Shown here piece after piece: positions 20,982 through 30,517 of a DNA stretch of 64,000 nucleotides. The DNA is from Candidatus Cloacimonadales bacterium. GTDB lineage: Bacteria > Cloacimonadota > Cloacimonadia > Cloacimonadales > JAFGVF01. The position numbers and the translations under genes are program-made. The stretch is taken from positions 512,001 through 576,000 of the forward strand of contig OY762964.1 of the NCBI GenBank assembly GCA_963667035.1. The letters run 5' to 3'. The notes beneath the pieces are model-generated. The model saw only the letters and a program-made list of their open reading frames with translations, made no database searches and was not told the origin of the DNA. Every line of letters starts with the position of its first letter. Within the stretch, counting starts at the first letter, position 1.

Positions 20982-22277
20982 CTATTTATTATTGAATAGA
21001 TTAGCTTTCTCCTTGAGTATCTCTGCAACTGTATATAGAGAACCGCAGACTATTATAATATCGTCATTAGTGCTATCGGATAGGAGTGCTTTAGCTCCTT
21101 CGTAAAGGGTGTCGTATGGTTTAAAGGGCACATTGGTTTTCTTAACAACAGGTAACAATTCCTCCACAAGAGCTGAGCGTTGTGAGTTGCTCTGTGAAAT
21201 TGAGAAAGATTCTGCAATCTTAGCCATGGAATTTATCATAAATTCATAAGGTTTATCTCTTAGAATGGCAGTAAGGAATTTAAATTTACGTCCGGGGAAA
21301 ATCTCTCTCAGGTTATCAATCAGGAATGTTAATCCCTCTTCATTATGGGCTCCGTCGAGAATTACAAGGGGTTGCTTGTTCAATATCTGCATTCTACCCT
21401 GCCAGTTAACACTGTTTAGACCTTTTCTAAGAATCTCTTCCTTCCATTGCATTCCTTTCCCTTTTAAATATAAAAGATAGCAGGTTAAAGCAACGGAAGC
21501 ATTGTATGCTTGATGTTTTCCAAGCAAGTTTACAGTTAAATCCTTGAATTCAACGCCTAACTCCGGGAAGGAATAATCGAAGTGAGTACCTTCCGCATCA
21601 AGTTTTATGTTTGATACTTTGAATTCTTCATTATAGCGATACATAGGAGCTTGCATCTCCATTGCTTTATCTGAAATAATTTGTAAAGCTTCGGTAGGGA
21701 TGTTTCCTGTTGCGATAGGAACATTCTTTTTAATAATACCGGCTTTTTCATAAGCAATCTTAGCGATTGAATCTCCTAAACTCTTTACATGATCAAGAGC
21801 AATACTGGTTATTGCTGTTACTGAAGAGTTAAAAGGTTTAGTAGCATCGAGTCTACCGCCCAGACCAACTTCAAATATTGCCACATCCAGTTTTTTTTCT
21901 GCAAACAAAGAGAAAGCCATTGAAGTGGAGATCTCGAAGAATGATGCTTCAGTTTTCTCAATCACATTTTCCCACTTCATGTATGTTTCCACAATCTCAT
22001 CAAAAGTAATGTTTTCTCCGTTTATACGGAAACGTTCCATATACTCAACAAGATGAGGAGAAGAGTTAAATCCGGTTGTGAATCCTTGTTGTAAAGCTAA
22101 TGCCTCCAAAGTAGCACAAGTAGAACCTTTGCCGTTAGTTCCTCCGATATGAAATCCTTCAAGCTTCATATTTGGATAATCCATGATTTCCATAATTTTG
22201 TACATTCTATCAAGACCTAGTTTTACATTTCCTGAATAGCGCTGATAGATATATTCCAACAACTTATCGTATTCCAC
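20982..22277 (-). CDS. folC: Folylpolyglutamate/dihydrofolate synthase
   Basis: GTNGKGS, SPHL, EVGLGGRLDAT, EKAGII, LDGAHN, GSLY; GTG start after AAGGAG. Confidence 0.95.
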   Translation of the reverse strand: MEYDKLLEYIYQRYSGNVKLGLDRMYKIMEIMDYPNMKLEGFHIGGTNGKGSTCATLEALALQQGFTTGFNSSPHLVEYMERFRINGENITFDEIVETYMKWENVIEKTEASFFEISTSMAFSLFAEKKLDVAIFEVGLGGRLDATKPFNSSVTAITSIALDHVKSLGDSIAKIAYEKAGIIKKNVPIATGNIPTEALQIISDKAMEMQAPMYRYNEEFKVSNIKLDAEGTHFDYSFPELGVEFKDLTVNLLGKHQAYNASVALTCYLLYLKGKGMQWKEEILRKGLNSVNWQGRMQILNKQPLVILDGAHNEEGLTFLIDNLREIFPGRKFKFLTAILRDKPYEFMINSMAKIAESFSISQSNSQRSALVEELLPVVKKTNVPFKPYDTLYEGAKALLSDSTNDDIIIVCGSLYTVAEILKEKANLFNNK

Positions 22278-22521
22278 ATTAACTCCTTAGCATGCGTATT
22301 TTCAAAATACATTTGTGTACTTAAGAAAAGATAGTGATTTTACGGTCAATCTAAATGTTTATGTTCTTTACACAATTATAAATATACAATGTAAAGCATT
22401 ATTTACAATCAGTTAGTTTATCAATACAATAATACTTATTCGCAGTGCGATTTGCAAGCACTTATGCCTTTTCCTTGTCCTTTTTTTGCTCTTTTTCTCC
22501 CCATGCTGTGCAGTCACAATT

Positions 22522-22633
22522 AACGCACTGTTTTTGCACTGCTTTCCCGCTGTGAACACGCTGTCCACCCACTGAAACACCGGGTTGACAGTGCCTGCAC
22601 AGTGCAAAAACAGTGGGAAAACTCTACTTTGGT
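22522..22633. repeat. 11-bp-phased CACTG/CAGTG quasi-palindromic intergenic element, copy 2
   Basis: Ungapped match to 895-1006; perfect inverted pair 22526-22541 / 22600-22615. Confidence 0.85.
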
Positions 22634-22955
22634 AGAATATTTATAAAGAGAGCCGGTAGAGCGATCAGAAAACGATAGATTAAGTGACAGAAAATTGCTT
22701 GCCTATAAGAAATAATATGAGCAAATTAACAAACATAGGATAAGATTCTTCAGCATATATTCACTTCCTTTTATAAGGCTATTCGGATATTATATTGATT
22801 GTGCTTTACCCAAAAGGTTTCGAACATGCTCGGGTTAGATTCTCTTACATATTGATTGACATTGATAGAAAATCAGGCAAAATGACATTTGGAATGCTAT
22901 GTTCCATTTAACAATAATTAAATCGTATCGGGAGATACCGGCATAAGGAGTAATA

Positions 22956-24206
22956 ATGAGTTCAGTTGCGATACTGGGTTGTATTTGGGGTGATGAGGCT
23001 AAGGCAAAAATAGTTGATGTAATAGGTACGGATGCGGATATTGTAGTTAGGTTCCAAGGTGGCAGTAATGCCGGGCATACAATAATCTGCGATGGTAAGA
23101 AATATGTTTTACATATGGTTCCTTCCGGTATAGTAAACCCTGATCTAACATGTGTGATAGCTCCCGGAGTAGTAATGAATCCGATTGAAGTTATTGATGA
23201 GATTAAAGGACTGGAAGATATGGGAGTGAACTTCGAAGGACGTTTACTTATTGACCCGAGAGTCAGCTTGGTTTTACCTATCCACAAATTACTTGATTGT
23301 AAATCGGAAGACGATTGTAATCAAAAGAAGATTGGAACAACGAAAAGAGGTATCGGACCTGCTTATTCAGATGCAATAGCCAGGAATGGCTTGAAGCTTT
23401 ATCAACTATACGATGAAGCAAATCTTGAAGCTAATCTTACTAAATTATACAGTTTTCATAATATAATCCCGGAAGACCTTGAGAATGAGATTAAAGAGCT
23501 CAAGGTAGCCGCTACTTATCTGAAGCCTTTTGTTAAACAGACTCCCTATTTCTTAAATGAACAATATAATGAGGGAAAGAAAATTATCTTTGAAGGAGCT
23601 CAGGGTTCTCTTTTAGACATTACTTATGGTAGTTATCCTTTTGTAACTTCATCTCACACAATATCTGGCGGAATATCAATCGGTTCCGGTATGGCTCCCG
23701 GTAAAATAGATAAGATTATCGGAGTCTACAAAGCCTACTTTACCAGAGTGGGAGAAGGTCCTTTCCCTACAGAACTTTTTGATGCAACAGGAGATAAGAT
23801 TAGAGAACAAGGGCATGAATTCGGTTCTACTACGGGAAGACCTCGCAGATGTGGATGGTTTGATGCCGTAGCTAGCAGATATACCGCAATGCTAAACGGA
23901 TTGGATGAAATAGCTGTTACTCTTGTTGATGTGCTATCAGGAGTCGGTGATATTAAGATTTGTCATTCTTATAGAATAGACGGGGAAGAGGTTACAGAGT
24001 TTCCTGCAGATGCCACTATGCTAGCAAAAGCAGAGCCTTTATATGAAACATTGCCCGGTTGGAACGAAGATATCAGTTCTATAACTGATTATGACGATTT
24101 ACCCGAGAATGCTAAACAGTACATAAAAAGGATAGAAGAATTGTTGCAAGTTCCTGTGAAGATAGTTTCAGTGGGACCGGACAGAAAACAAACAATCTTT
24201 TTATAA
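22956..24206 (+). CDS. purA: Adenylosuccinate synthetase
   Basis: RFQGGSNAGHT, IGTTKRGIGPAY, EGAQG, YPFVTSS, EFGSTTGRPRRCGWFD. Confidence 0.97.
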   Translation: MSSVAILGCIWGDEAKAKIVDVIGTDADIVVRFQGGSNAGHTIICDGKKYVLHMVPSGIVNPDLTCVIAPGVVMNPIEVIDEIKGLEDMGVNFEGRLLIDPRVSLVLPIHKLLDCKSEDDCNQKKIGTTKRGIGPAYSDAIARNGLKLYQLYDEANLEANLTKLYSFHNIIPEDLENEIKELKVAATYLKPFVKQTPYFLNEQYNEGKKIIFEGAQGSLLDITYGSYPFVTSSHTISGGISIGSGMAPGKIDKIIGVYKAYFTRVGEGPFPTELFDATGDKIREQGHEFGSTTGRPRRCGWFDAVASRYTAMLNGLDEIAVTLVDVLSGVGDIKICHSYRIDGEEVTEFPADATMLAKAEPLYETLPGWNEDISSITDYDDLPENAKQYIKRIEELLQVPVKIVSVGPDRKQTIFL

Positions 24207-24221
24207 AGTCATGGAGGACTT

Positions 24222-25406
24222 ATGAAACGGATGCTATTAACAGCACTTGTTTGTGCTATAGGTTTATTAAGTGCCCAATATCTTGAATTCCCTGCACCTT
24301 GGTATCTTAACAGTTTTTATGATTATTATGCCGATAACTATATCGGGACAAAAGATGCAGGAAGAGGTTATACCGGAACTTCTGTGATGGGTAATATCGA
24401 TAATGTTTATTTGAATCCGGCAGCATTTAAAACGGATTGTTTTCACGTGTATTACGAAATGAATGCTAAGATGCCTTATGACGAGATTAATAAGAATGCG
24501 ACAGGTGATTTAACTTCTCCTTCCGCTCTAGGAATGGTAGGCGTAAGCTCTCAGTTAATGAAGAACCTTAATGTTGGTTTCTCCTATGCTATTCTTAAAT
24601 CGGCACAGTACGACAGAATAAGAGTTGAACTAATGCAAGCTCCGGGTAACTATGTCTTCAGAGACCCTACTTTCATGGACAAAGCTCTTACATTATCAGC
24701 ATCATACCAATTGAATGATTTCTCTTTCGGAATTAATGTTATCAACCATATTTATGACTTCCAAGACTATGTAATCTATGGGTCATATCCTTTTGCAATA
24801 AACGATTTCCGAGAGAATATAGTAAGATTACAACCGGGTTTTTACTGGTCGGACGGCAAGATTGCTGCGGGTTTATCATATACACCTTCAACTAACCATG
24901 AATTTGCAACGGATTACATAACTTACGATACAACCTTGCCCTCTGTTCTTAACAGTGGTGTGTCTTTACAATTAAACAAGCTTTTATTAGCACTCGAAAT
25001 GACAAATGAGTTCTGCTCTGAAATGGATAGTGCATTTGATGATAGAATTAACCTAAAAGCAGGTCTGGAATATAAAGTTGATTCCTACACCTATAGAGTT
25101 GGCTATATTAAACGTTCGGAAGTATGGAACGGAAACTTTGCCATCCCTACATACTATACTCCGGATGATAACGGAAACATTGAATATGAAGTTGATGAGA
25201 TTTTTGGTTTCGAAGATGGACTTGTTGGGAATACGGAACAAAACCTTGTAACAATAGGTTTCGGATGGGAAAGTGAATTCTTTGGTTTGGACGGAGCTTT
25301 GACTCAAGATGTTACGGGAGATGCAGGGAATACCCAATTGCATTTAGGATGTTTCATGAATCTTGATCCTATCTTTAATGTTGTTCTTAAAACCAGAGAG
25401 AACTGA
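24222..25406 (+). CDS. Probable outer-membrane beta-barrel protein (FadL/PorV-like)
   Basis: Signal peptide; GRGYTG...YLNPAA hatch-like motif; amphipathic beta strands. Confidence 0.6.
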   Translation: MKRMLLTALVCAIGLLSAQYLEFPAPWYLNSFYDYYADNYIGTKDAGRGYTGTSVMGNIDNVYLNPAAFKTDCFHVYYEMNAKMPYDEINKNATGDLTSPSALGMVGVSSQLMKNLNVGFSYAILKSAQYDRIRVELMQAPGNYVFRDPTFMDKALTLSASYQLNDFSFGINVINHIYDFQDYVIYGSYPFAINDFRENIVRLQPGFYWSDGKIAAGLSYTPSTNHEFATDYITYDTTLPSVLNSGVSLQLNKLLLALEMTNEFCSEMDSAFDDRINLKAGLEYKVDSYTYRVGYIKRSEVWNGNFAIPTYYTPDDNGNIEYEVDEIFGFEDGLVGNTEQNLVTIGFGWESEFFGLDGALTQDVTGDAGNTQLHLGCFMNLDPIFNVVLKTREN

Positions 25407-26539
25407 TGACAAAACTGTTTGTAGGTGAGTTTCAAGAATATGATACAGAAAGTATCTATTCATACTTCAAAGAGCATTTTGAGTATATAGGTCTTTGGGA
25501 AAAGCTGAAAGATAAGAAAACAGTTCTCTTGAAACCTAACTTGTTAGGAGCATTTGCTCCCGAAAGATCCGTTACCACTCATCCCTCTGTTGTAGACGCT
25601 ATTATGCGATTATTGGTTGAAAACGATAAGGAAGTGTGGATTGGTGATAGCCCGGGAGGGACGGTTAAACCTCAAAAAGCTTGGAAAGCATCCGGATTGA
25701 GTGATGTCGCTGAAAAGTATAATGCAAAGATTATTCGATTTGGTGAAAACGGCGTCAGAGAAGTTATATACAATGGTGATAAATATCATATCACAGAAGA
25801 TATCTTTCTTGCCGATGCTTGCATTAATCTATGTAAATACAAAACTCATAGTATGGCACGCTATACGGGAGCGGTAAAAAATCTCTACGGACTGATACCC
25901 GGACTTGAAAAAGTAACCCTTCATACCAGATATACCAATATAAAAGATTTCGGTGATTTTGTTGCCGATGTTTATAAACAAGCCAAAGATAGGTTTGTTT
26001 ACCACATATTGGACGGAATTATAGGCATGGAAGGGGAAGGTCCCTCTTCCGGTAATCCCAGAACATTTGGAGTGTTGATTCATTCAGAGAAAGCTTCAGC
26101 AGTGGATTACCTTGCATCTAAGATGATGGGATTTGATTGGCGGGAGTTACCAATGGTGACCAAAGCAATGCATCATGACGGACTTTTGCCTTCAATGATT
26201 GATGTAGAGGACAAGTGGAAGAACTTTGTGTTTAGTAATGTGGATACTGCCTCGGTGGATTTAAGAAGCAAACTTATGTCTATGCTTCCAAGTAGAACCG
26301 AACAGGTTGTGACTAAAATCATGAAGTACTATCCCGACTTTAATGACCAATGCAGATTATGCAAGATATGTGTGAAGAGCTGTCCTGAGCAAGCAATAAG
26401 CTATACAAGAGGGGATAAACATCCTGTGATTAATCTAAACAAATGCATAAGATGTATGTGCTGTCACGAGTTTTGCCCTTATGGTGCAATCTATATTCAT
26501 AAGTCTTTCCTTACCAAACTGGTATTTGGAGATAGATAG
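25406..26539 (+). CDS. DUF362 domain protein with C-terminal 2x[4Fe-4S] ferredoxin
   Basis: VLLKPNLL, TTHP, GDSPG, KTH...TGAVKNLYG, MEGEGP; two CxxCxxCxxxCP motifs. Confidence 0.9.
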   Translation: MTKLFVGEFQEYDTESIYSYFKEHFEYIGLWEKLKDKKTVLLKPNLLGAFAPERSVTTHPSVVDAIMRLLVENDKEVWIGDSPGGTVKPQKAWKASGLSDVAEKYNAKIIRFGENGVREVIYNGDKYHITEDIFLADACINLCKYKTHSMARYTGAVKNLYGLIPGLEKVTLHTRYTNIKDFGDFVADVYKQAKDRFVYHILDGIIGMEGEGPSSGNPRTFGVLIHSEKASAVDYLASKMMGFDWRELPMVTKAMHHDGLLPSMIDVEDKWKNFVFSNVDTASVDLRSKLMSMLPSRTEQVVTKIMKYYPDFNDQCRLCKICVKSCPEQAISYTRGDKHPVINLNKCIRCMCCHEFCPYGAIYIHKSFLTKLVFGDR

Positions 26540-26559
26540 AAATTATTAATTACTGTTAT

Positions 26560-26595
26560 AAAGACCGATATGCTTTTAGTGTATCGGTCTTTTTT
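26560..26595 (+). terminator. Intrinsic terminator
   Basis: AAAGACCGATATGC/GTGTATCGGTCTTT stem plus T run. Confidence 0.85.
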
Positions 26596-26706
26596 ATTTC
26601 AAAGAAGATGCGGACAGGATGTCCGCGTACCCGGTATGACAATTTAATTGACTTTAAAACGTGAGTATGTTATACGTGGAATGTATTAAAATCAAGGAAG
26701 TAAACT

Positions 26707-28011
26707 ATGCAGAATCCTACAAAAACAATACTAAAAAAAAGAGACGGAGGGCAGTTAACAGCCCTAGAAATAAAGCATTTTATTGAATCGTATTTAAAAG
26801 GAATTATACCTGAATACCAGATGTCAGCTATGTTGATGGCAATATACATGAAGGGTATGGTTCCCGACGAGATAGCCACACTAACTGATGTGTACATTAA
26901 ATCGGGTGATTTCATTGAGTTTCCAAGTGATATAATCACGGTTGATAAGCATTCAACAGGTGGGGTAGGAGACAAAATATCTTTAATGCTTGCCCCTCTT
27001 GTTGCTTCTTTTGGGGTTCATGTCCCGATGATTTCAGGTCGAGGATTAGGTCACACGGGTGGTACTTTAGATAAACTAGATTCAATACCCGGTTTCAAAA
27101 CTGATATATCAACTGATGAGTTTAAGAGGATTGTCTCGGAGATTGGGCTTTCAATAATCGGACAAACTGACCGATTAGTTCCTGCAGATAAGAGAATTTA
27201 TGCTTTAAGAGACGTAACGGCTACAGTTGAAAGTTTACCGTTAATTACAGCAAGTATCATGAGTAAGAAGATTGCTGAAGGAACTAAGAACCTGGTTGTG
27301 GATTTGAAAGTGGGAGAAGGTGCTTTCATGGATTCAATGGAGAAAGCCGAACAACTAGCAGAACTACTAATCACTACAGGTGAGAAGTTTGGTCAGAAAG
27401 TGACAGTTGTGTTTACTAACATGAATGCTCCGATAGGTTTTTATGTAGGAAACTCATTGGAAGTTATTGAGACTTTCGAATACTTGAAAGGAAAACACAT
27501 CCCGGATGTGGACTTGATAACCCGTACACTTGCAACCGAGATGCTTATAATGACAGGGAAATATAGTGATTGGAACAAGGCTTTTAATGAGACCGGTGTG
27601 AGAGTTGCAGACGGTACGGCTCTGAAGTATTGGGAGAAAATGCTGGAAGTGCAGGGTTCAAATATGAATGTTTGCAATGATTACAGTTTATTTCCCCAAG
27701 CAAAGTATGAAATACCGATTGTTGCTCACACGTCCGGAAGGATAAAGAGTATTGACAGTCGAGGAATCGGGTATGCTTTGATAGACGTTAAAGCGGGACG
27801 TAGAAAGATTACGGATGAGCTGGATTACAGTTCCGGAGCTATGTTAACCCACAAAATCGGTAATGGTGTTTTTGAGAATGAGGATTTAGGTGTTGTGTAT
27901 TGTAATGATAAAGTTGAGGGAGAACGAGTCGCTAAAGTTATAGCGGGATGTTATGAGATTGTTTCGGAGGAAGTTGAAAGAGAGGATATTATTCTGGGAA
28001 TCTGGAGATAA
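26707..28011 (+). CDS. pdp: Pyrimidine-nucleoside/thymidine phosphorylase
   Basis: KKRDG, DKHSTGGVGDK, SGRGLGHTGGTLDKL, YALRDVTATV, SIMSKK. Confidence 0.95.
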   Translation: MQNPTKTILKKRDGGQLTALEIKHFIESYLKGIIPEYQMSAMLMAIYMKGMVPDEIATLTDVYIKSGDFIEFPSDIITVDKHSTGGVGDKISLMLAPLVASFGVHVPMISGRGLGHTGGTLDKLDSIPGFKTDISTDEFKRIVSEIGLSIIGQTDRLVPADKRIYALRDVTATVESLPLITASIMSKKIAEGTKNLVVDLKVGEGAFMDSMEKAEQLAELLITTGEKFGQKVTVVFTNMNAPIGFYVGNSLEVIETFEYLKGKHIPDVDLITRTLATEMLIMTGKYSDWNKAFNETGVRVADGTALKYWEKMLEVQGSNMNVCNDYSLFPQAKYEIPIVAHTSGRIKSIDSRGIGYALIDVKAGRRKITDELDYSSGAMLTHKIGNGVFENEDLGVVYCNDKVEGERVAKVIAGCYEIVSEEVEREDIILGIWR

Positions 28012-28098
28012 ACAATTTGTGAGGTATTTATCACAGTTTCGTAAAGCGAATAACTATCGGAATTAAACTAAAGGAATAGTATAAAAGCAATAAGGATA

Positions 28099-28228
28099 TT
28101 AGCTTGACAATATAAGCTAATGAATATTTCTGGATATATAGAAGAAATCAACTGCTGGCTCTGGTTTAAAGTCAGCATGTTTTTTGTATATAAATTAGCG
28201 TAATAAACCACTGTCAAGCAGTGGTTTA
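28099..28228 (+). promoter_or_regulatory. Promoter and structured leader of the rimP-nusA-infB operon
   Basis: TTGACA at 28104; hairpin 28153-28177 with T run; hairpin 28204-28228. Confidence 0.55.
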
Positions 28229-28250
28229 AACTTTATAAAGAGAAGATAAT

Positions 28251-28724
28251 ATGAGAAGTGAATATTTGGTGAAGATTGAAGATTTTGCTATGCAAGCATG
28301 CACTGAACATGGAGTTTCCTTGTATGACGTAGAGGAAAAAGAAACCTCTAAAGGCTTAGTGATTCTAATATATATTAATAAAATAGGTGGAGTCTCAGTG
28401 GATGATTGTACTGCCGTAAGTAGAGATGTGGATACAAGAATTGAAGCTGAGAGTCTTATTAAAGAAGCTTACATGCTTGAAGTTTCTTCTCCCGGTATCG
28501 AAAGAGAATTAAAGTTTAAAAAGCACTATGCAAGTGCAATAAACGAGATAATAAAAGTTGAATATTCCGTAGGAGAAAAGCGGGAAACAATAATTGGTGT
28601 TTTAGAAGAAGTCTCTCCCGAAGTCATCAGGATTAAAGGAGAAGATGATCAACAGATAATATCCTTTGAGTCAATACACAAGGCTCGGACCTATTTTGAT
28701 TTTAAAAAAGGGAGTGGGAAATGA
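28251..28724 (+). CDS. rimP: Ribosome maturation factor RimP
   Basis: GVSVDDCTAVSR, YMLEVSSPGIEREL; position upstream of nusA. Confidence 0.93.
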   Translation: MRSEYLVKIEDFAMQACTEHGVSLYDVEEKETSKGLVILIYINKIGGVSVDDCTAVSRDVDTRIEAESLIKEAYMLEVSSPGIERELKFKKHYASAINEIIKVEYSVGEKRETIIGVLEEVSPEVIRIKGEDDQQIISFESIHKARTYFDFKKGSGK

Positions 28725-29956
28725 GTTCCAATATCGCTTCAATACTTTCCAATTTAGCCAATATAAAACAGTTAGATGCTAAAGCATTGCAGACTATTAT
28801 TGCCGAAAGTATTCATAGTGCTCTAGCAAAAAAAATGGTTCCTGAGAATGAATTGGAAGTAATTGCAGATTTTGAAAATAATGATTTCTTCGTACGTTTA
28901 AAGAAAATTGTTGTGCTTACAGACAGAAATCTGGGAGAGCTTTCTTTAGCTCAAGCCAGAGCAATGTATGGAGACCATGTTGATTTAGGTGATTGTTATG
29001 AAACAGTTATTCCGATTGGAGATTTGGAACCCAAGATTATTAAAATTGCCAGAAAAGCTATACTGGAACGCATCAAAGATTTGGAAGAAGATAGAATCAG
29101 ATATGACTATGAAAAACAAAAAAATACAATTGTTTCGGGCATAGTCAGAAGAATTGATTATAATGGCATAGTTGTAAATATTGGTTATACTGATGCTCTG
29201 CTTGCTAATGACCAACAGATTGAAGATGAATATTTCAAGGTTGGTGATGTGATAAGAGCTTATGTTGTGAATATTGCTCAAAAGAGAAGTGGAATTCAGG
29301 TTGTTCTTTCCAGAACAAATCCGGAGTTTGTACATAAATTGTTTGAATTGGAAGTTCCTGAAATATATAAAAGTGATGTTGAAATCATAAAAATAGTTCG
29401 TGAACCCGGAATACGCTCAAAGATTGTTGTTGTTTCGCATAACTCTAAGATTGATCCTTACGGAGCTTGCTTAGGAGAGAAGGGAAATCGCATTGATCAG
29501 GTTAGAAAAGAGCTTCATGGTGAGCAAATTGATATTATTGTCCATGATGATAATCCTGAAGAGATGATTGCTAATGCAGTAGGTAATGACCTTGTAGAGA
29601 GAATTATTGTTGCGGAAAGAGGTAAATTTGCAAGCGTAATCGTAACTGAAAGAAATAAGAACCTAGCTATTGGTAAGAGTGGTAAGAACGTTAAACTTGC
29701 AGCCAAATTAACAGGTTATAAATTGGATATATACACATTCGAAGAATATGAAGGCAAATTGGCCGCTGAAAGAAGAATTACAAGTTATGTGACAGAGTTA
29801 GACGGTGTAACCGATAAAATCGGTAATATCTTGAGAGAACATGGGTATACAGCTGTACAAGATATTTACAATGCTTCTGTTGACGAATTGTGTAGACTTG
29901 AAGGTATTGGAGAGAAAACAGCTGAGAAATTAATTGAAGCTGCTCAATCATTCTAA
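28721..29956 (+). CDS. nusA: Transcription termination/antitermination factor NusA
   Basis: S1 and KH domains, LFELEVPEI, REPGIRSK, AIGKSGKNVKLAAKLTG; C-terminal HhH-like region. Confidence 0.96.
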   Translation: MSSNIASILSNLANIKQLDAKALQTIIAESIHSALAKKMVPENELEVIADFENNDFFVRLKKIVVLTDRNLGELSLAQARAMYGDHVDLGDCYETVIPIGDLEPKIIKIARKAILERIKDLEEDRIRYDYEKQKNTIVSGIVRRIDYNGIVVNIGYTDALLANDQQIEDEYFKVGDVIRAYVVNIAQKRSGIQVVLSRTNPEFVHKLFELEVPEIYKSDVEIIKIVREPGIRSKIVVVSHNSKIDPYGACLGEKGNRIDQVRKELHGEQIDIIVHDDNPEEMIANAVGNDLVERIIVAERGKFASVIVTERNKNLAIGKSGKNVKLAAKLTGYKLDIYTFEEYEGKLAAERRITSYVTELDGVTDKIGNILREHGYTAVQDIYNASVDELCRLEGIGEKTAEKLIEAAQSF

Positions 29957-30204
29957 TGCCTAATAAATCATCAAAGGCAAATCATATTGTTGAAAGAAGT
30001 TGTGTGATTTGCAGAGTGAAAAAGAATAAAAGTGAATTATTGAGATTTATCTCATTTGACGGAAGACAGGTTTTTGACCTTAAAAATGTAATCCAGGCAC
30101 GAGGATTTTATATATGTAATGATAATGCATGTTTGAGTCGTCTGGAACAGTGGATAAAAAAGAAGAGACCGTGGTTAATAAAGAAAAAACTAAAGATAAG
30201 TTAA
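29956..30204 (+). CDS. ylxR: YlxR/DUF448 RNA-binding protein
   Basis: RSCVICR...LLRF...RGFYIC...C; located between nusA and infB. Confidence 0.88.
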   Translation: MPNKSSKANHIVERSCVICRVKKNKSELLRFISFDGRQVFDLKNVIQARGFYICNDNACLSRLEQWIKKKRPWLIKKKLKIS

Positions 30205-30497
30205 AGAGCTTATTGCAGTTTGCCAGAAAAGCCGGAGTAGTTCAGGTTGGCTTTGATGCAACAGTAAGGTGTTGTTTGAAAGGCAAGAGTTATCTTATAC
30301 TATATGCAGAAGATTTAGCTGAGAATAGTAGAAAGAGATTGCTGAGAGTTATCGAAGAGACCGGCTTACCTGCTTATGAAGTGTTAACCAAGAAAGATAT
30401 GAGTGAATTGTTTGACCGCCAAGAGATTGGTATAATCAGTGTCAATGATGTGAACTTTGCAAATGGATTGAAAAAGCATTTGAAGTCCATTGAATAA
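30171..30497 (+). CDS. ylxQ: L7Ae/YlxQ family RNA-binding protein
   Basis: LLQFARKAG...G, AEDLAENS; operon context; GTG start chosen. Confidence 0.85.
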   Translation: MVNKEKTKDKLKSLLQFARKAGVVQVGFDATVRCCLKGKSYLILYAEDLAENSRKRLLRVIEETGLPAYEVLTKKDMSELFDRQEIGIISVNDVNFANGLKKHLKSIE

Positions 30498-30517
30498 AAT
30501 TTAAATTGGAGGATGTT

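Noticed and set aside
22413..22607. 64-aa minus-strand ORF
   Set aside because: Translation of repeat copy 2; no coding evidence
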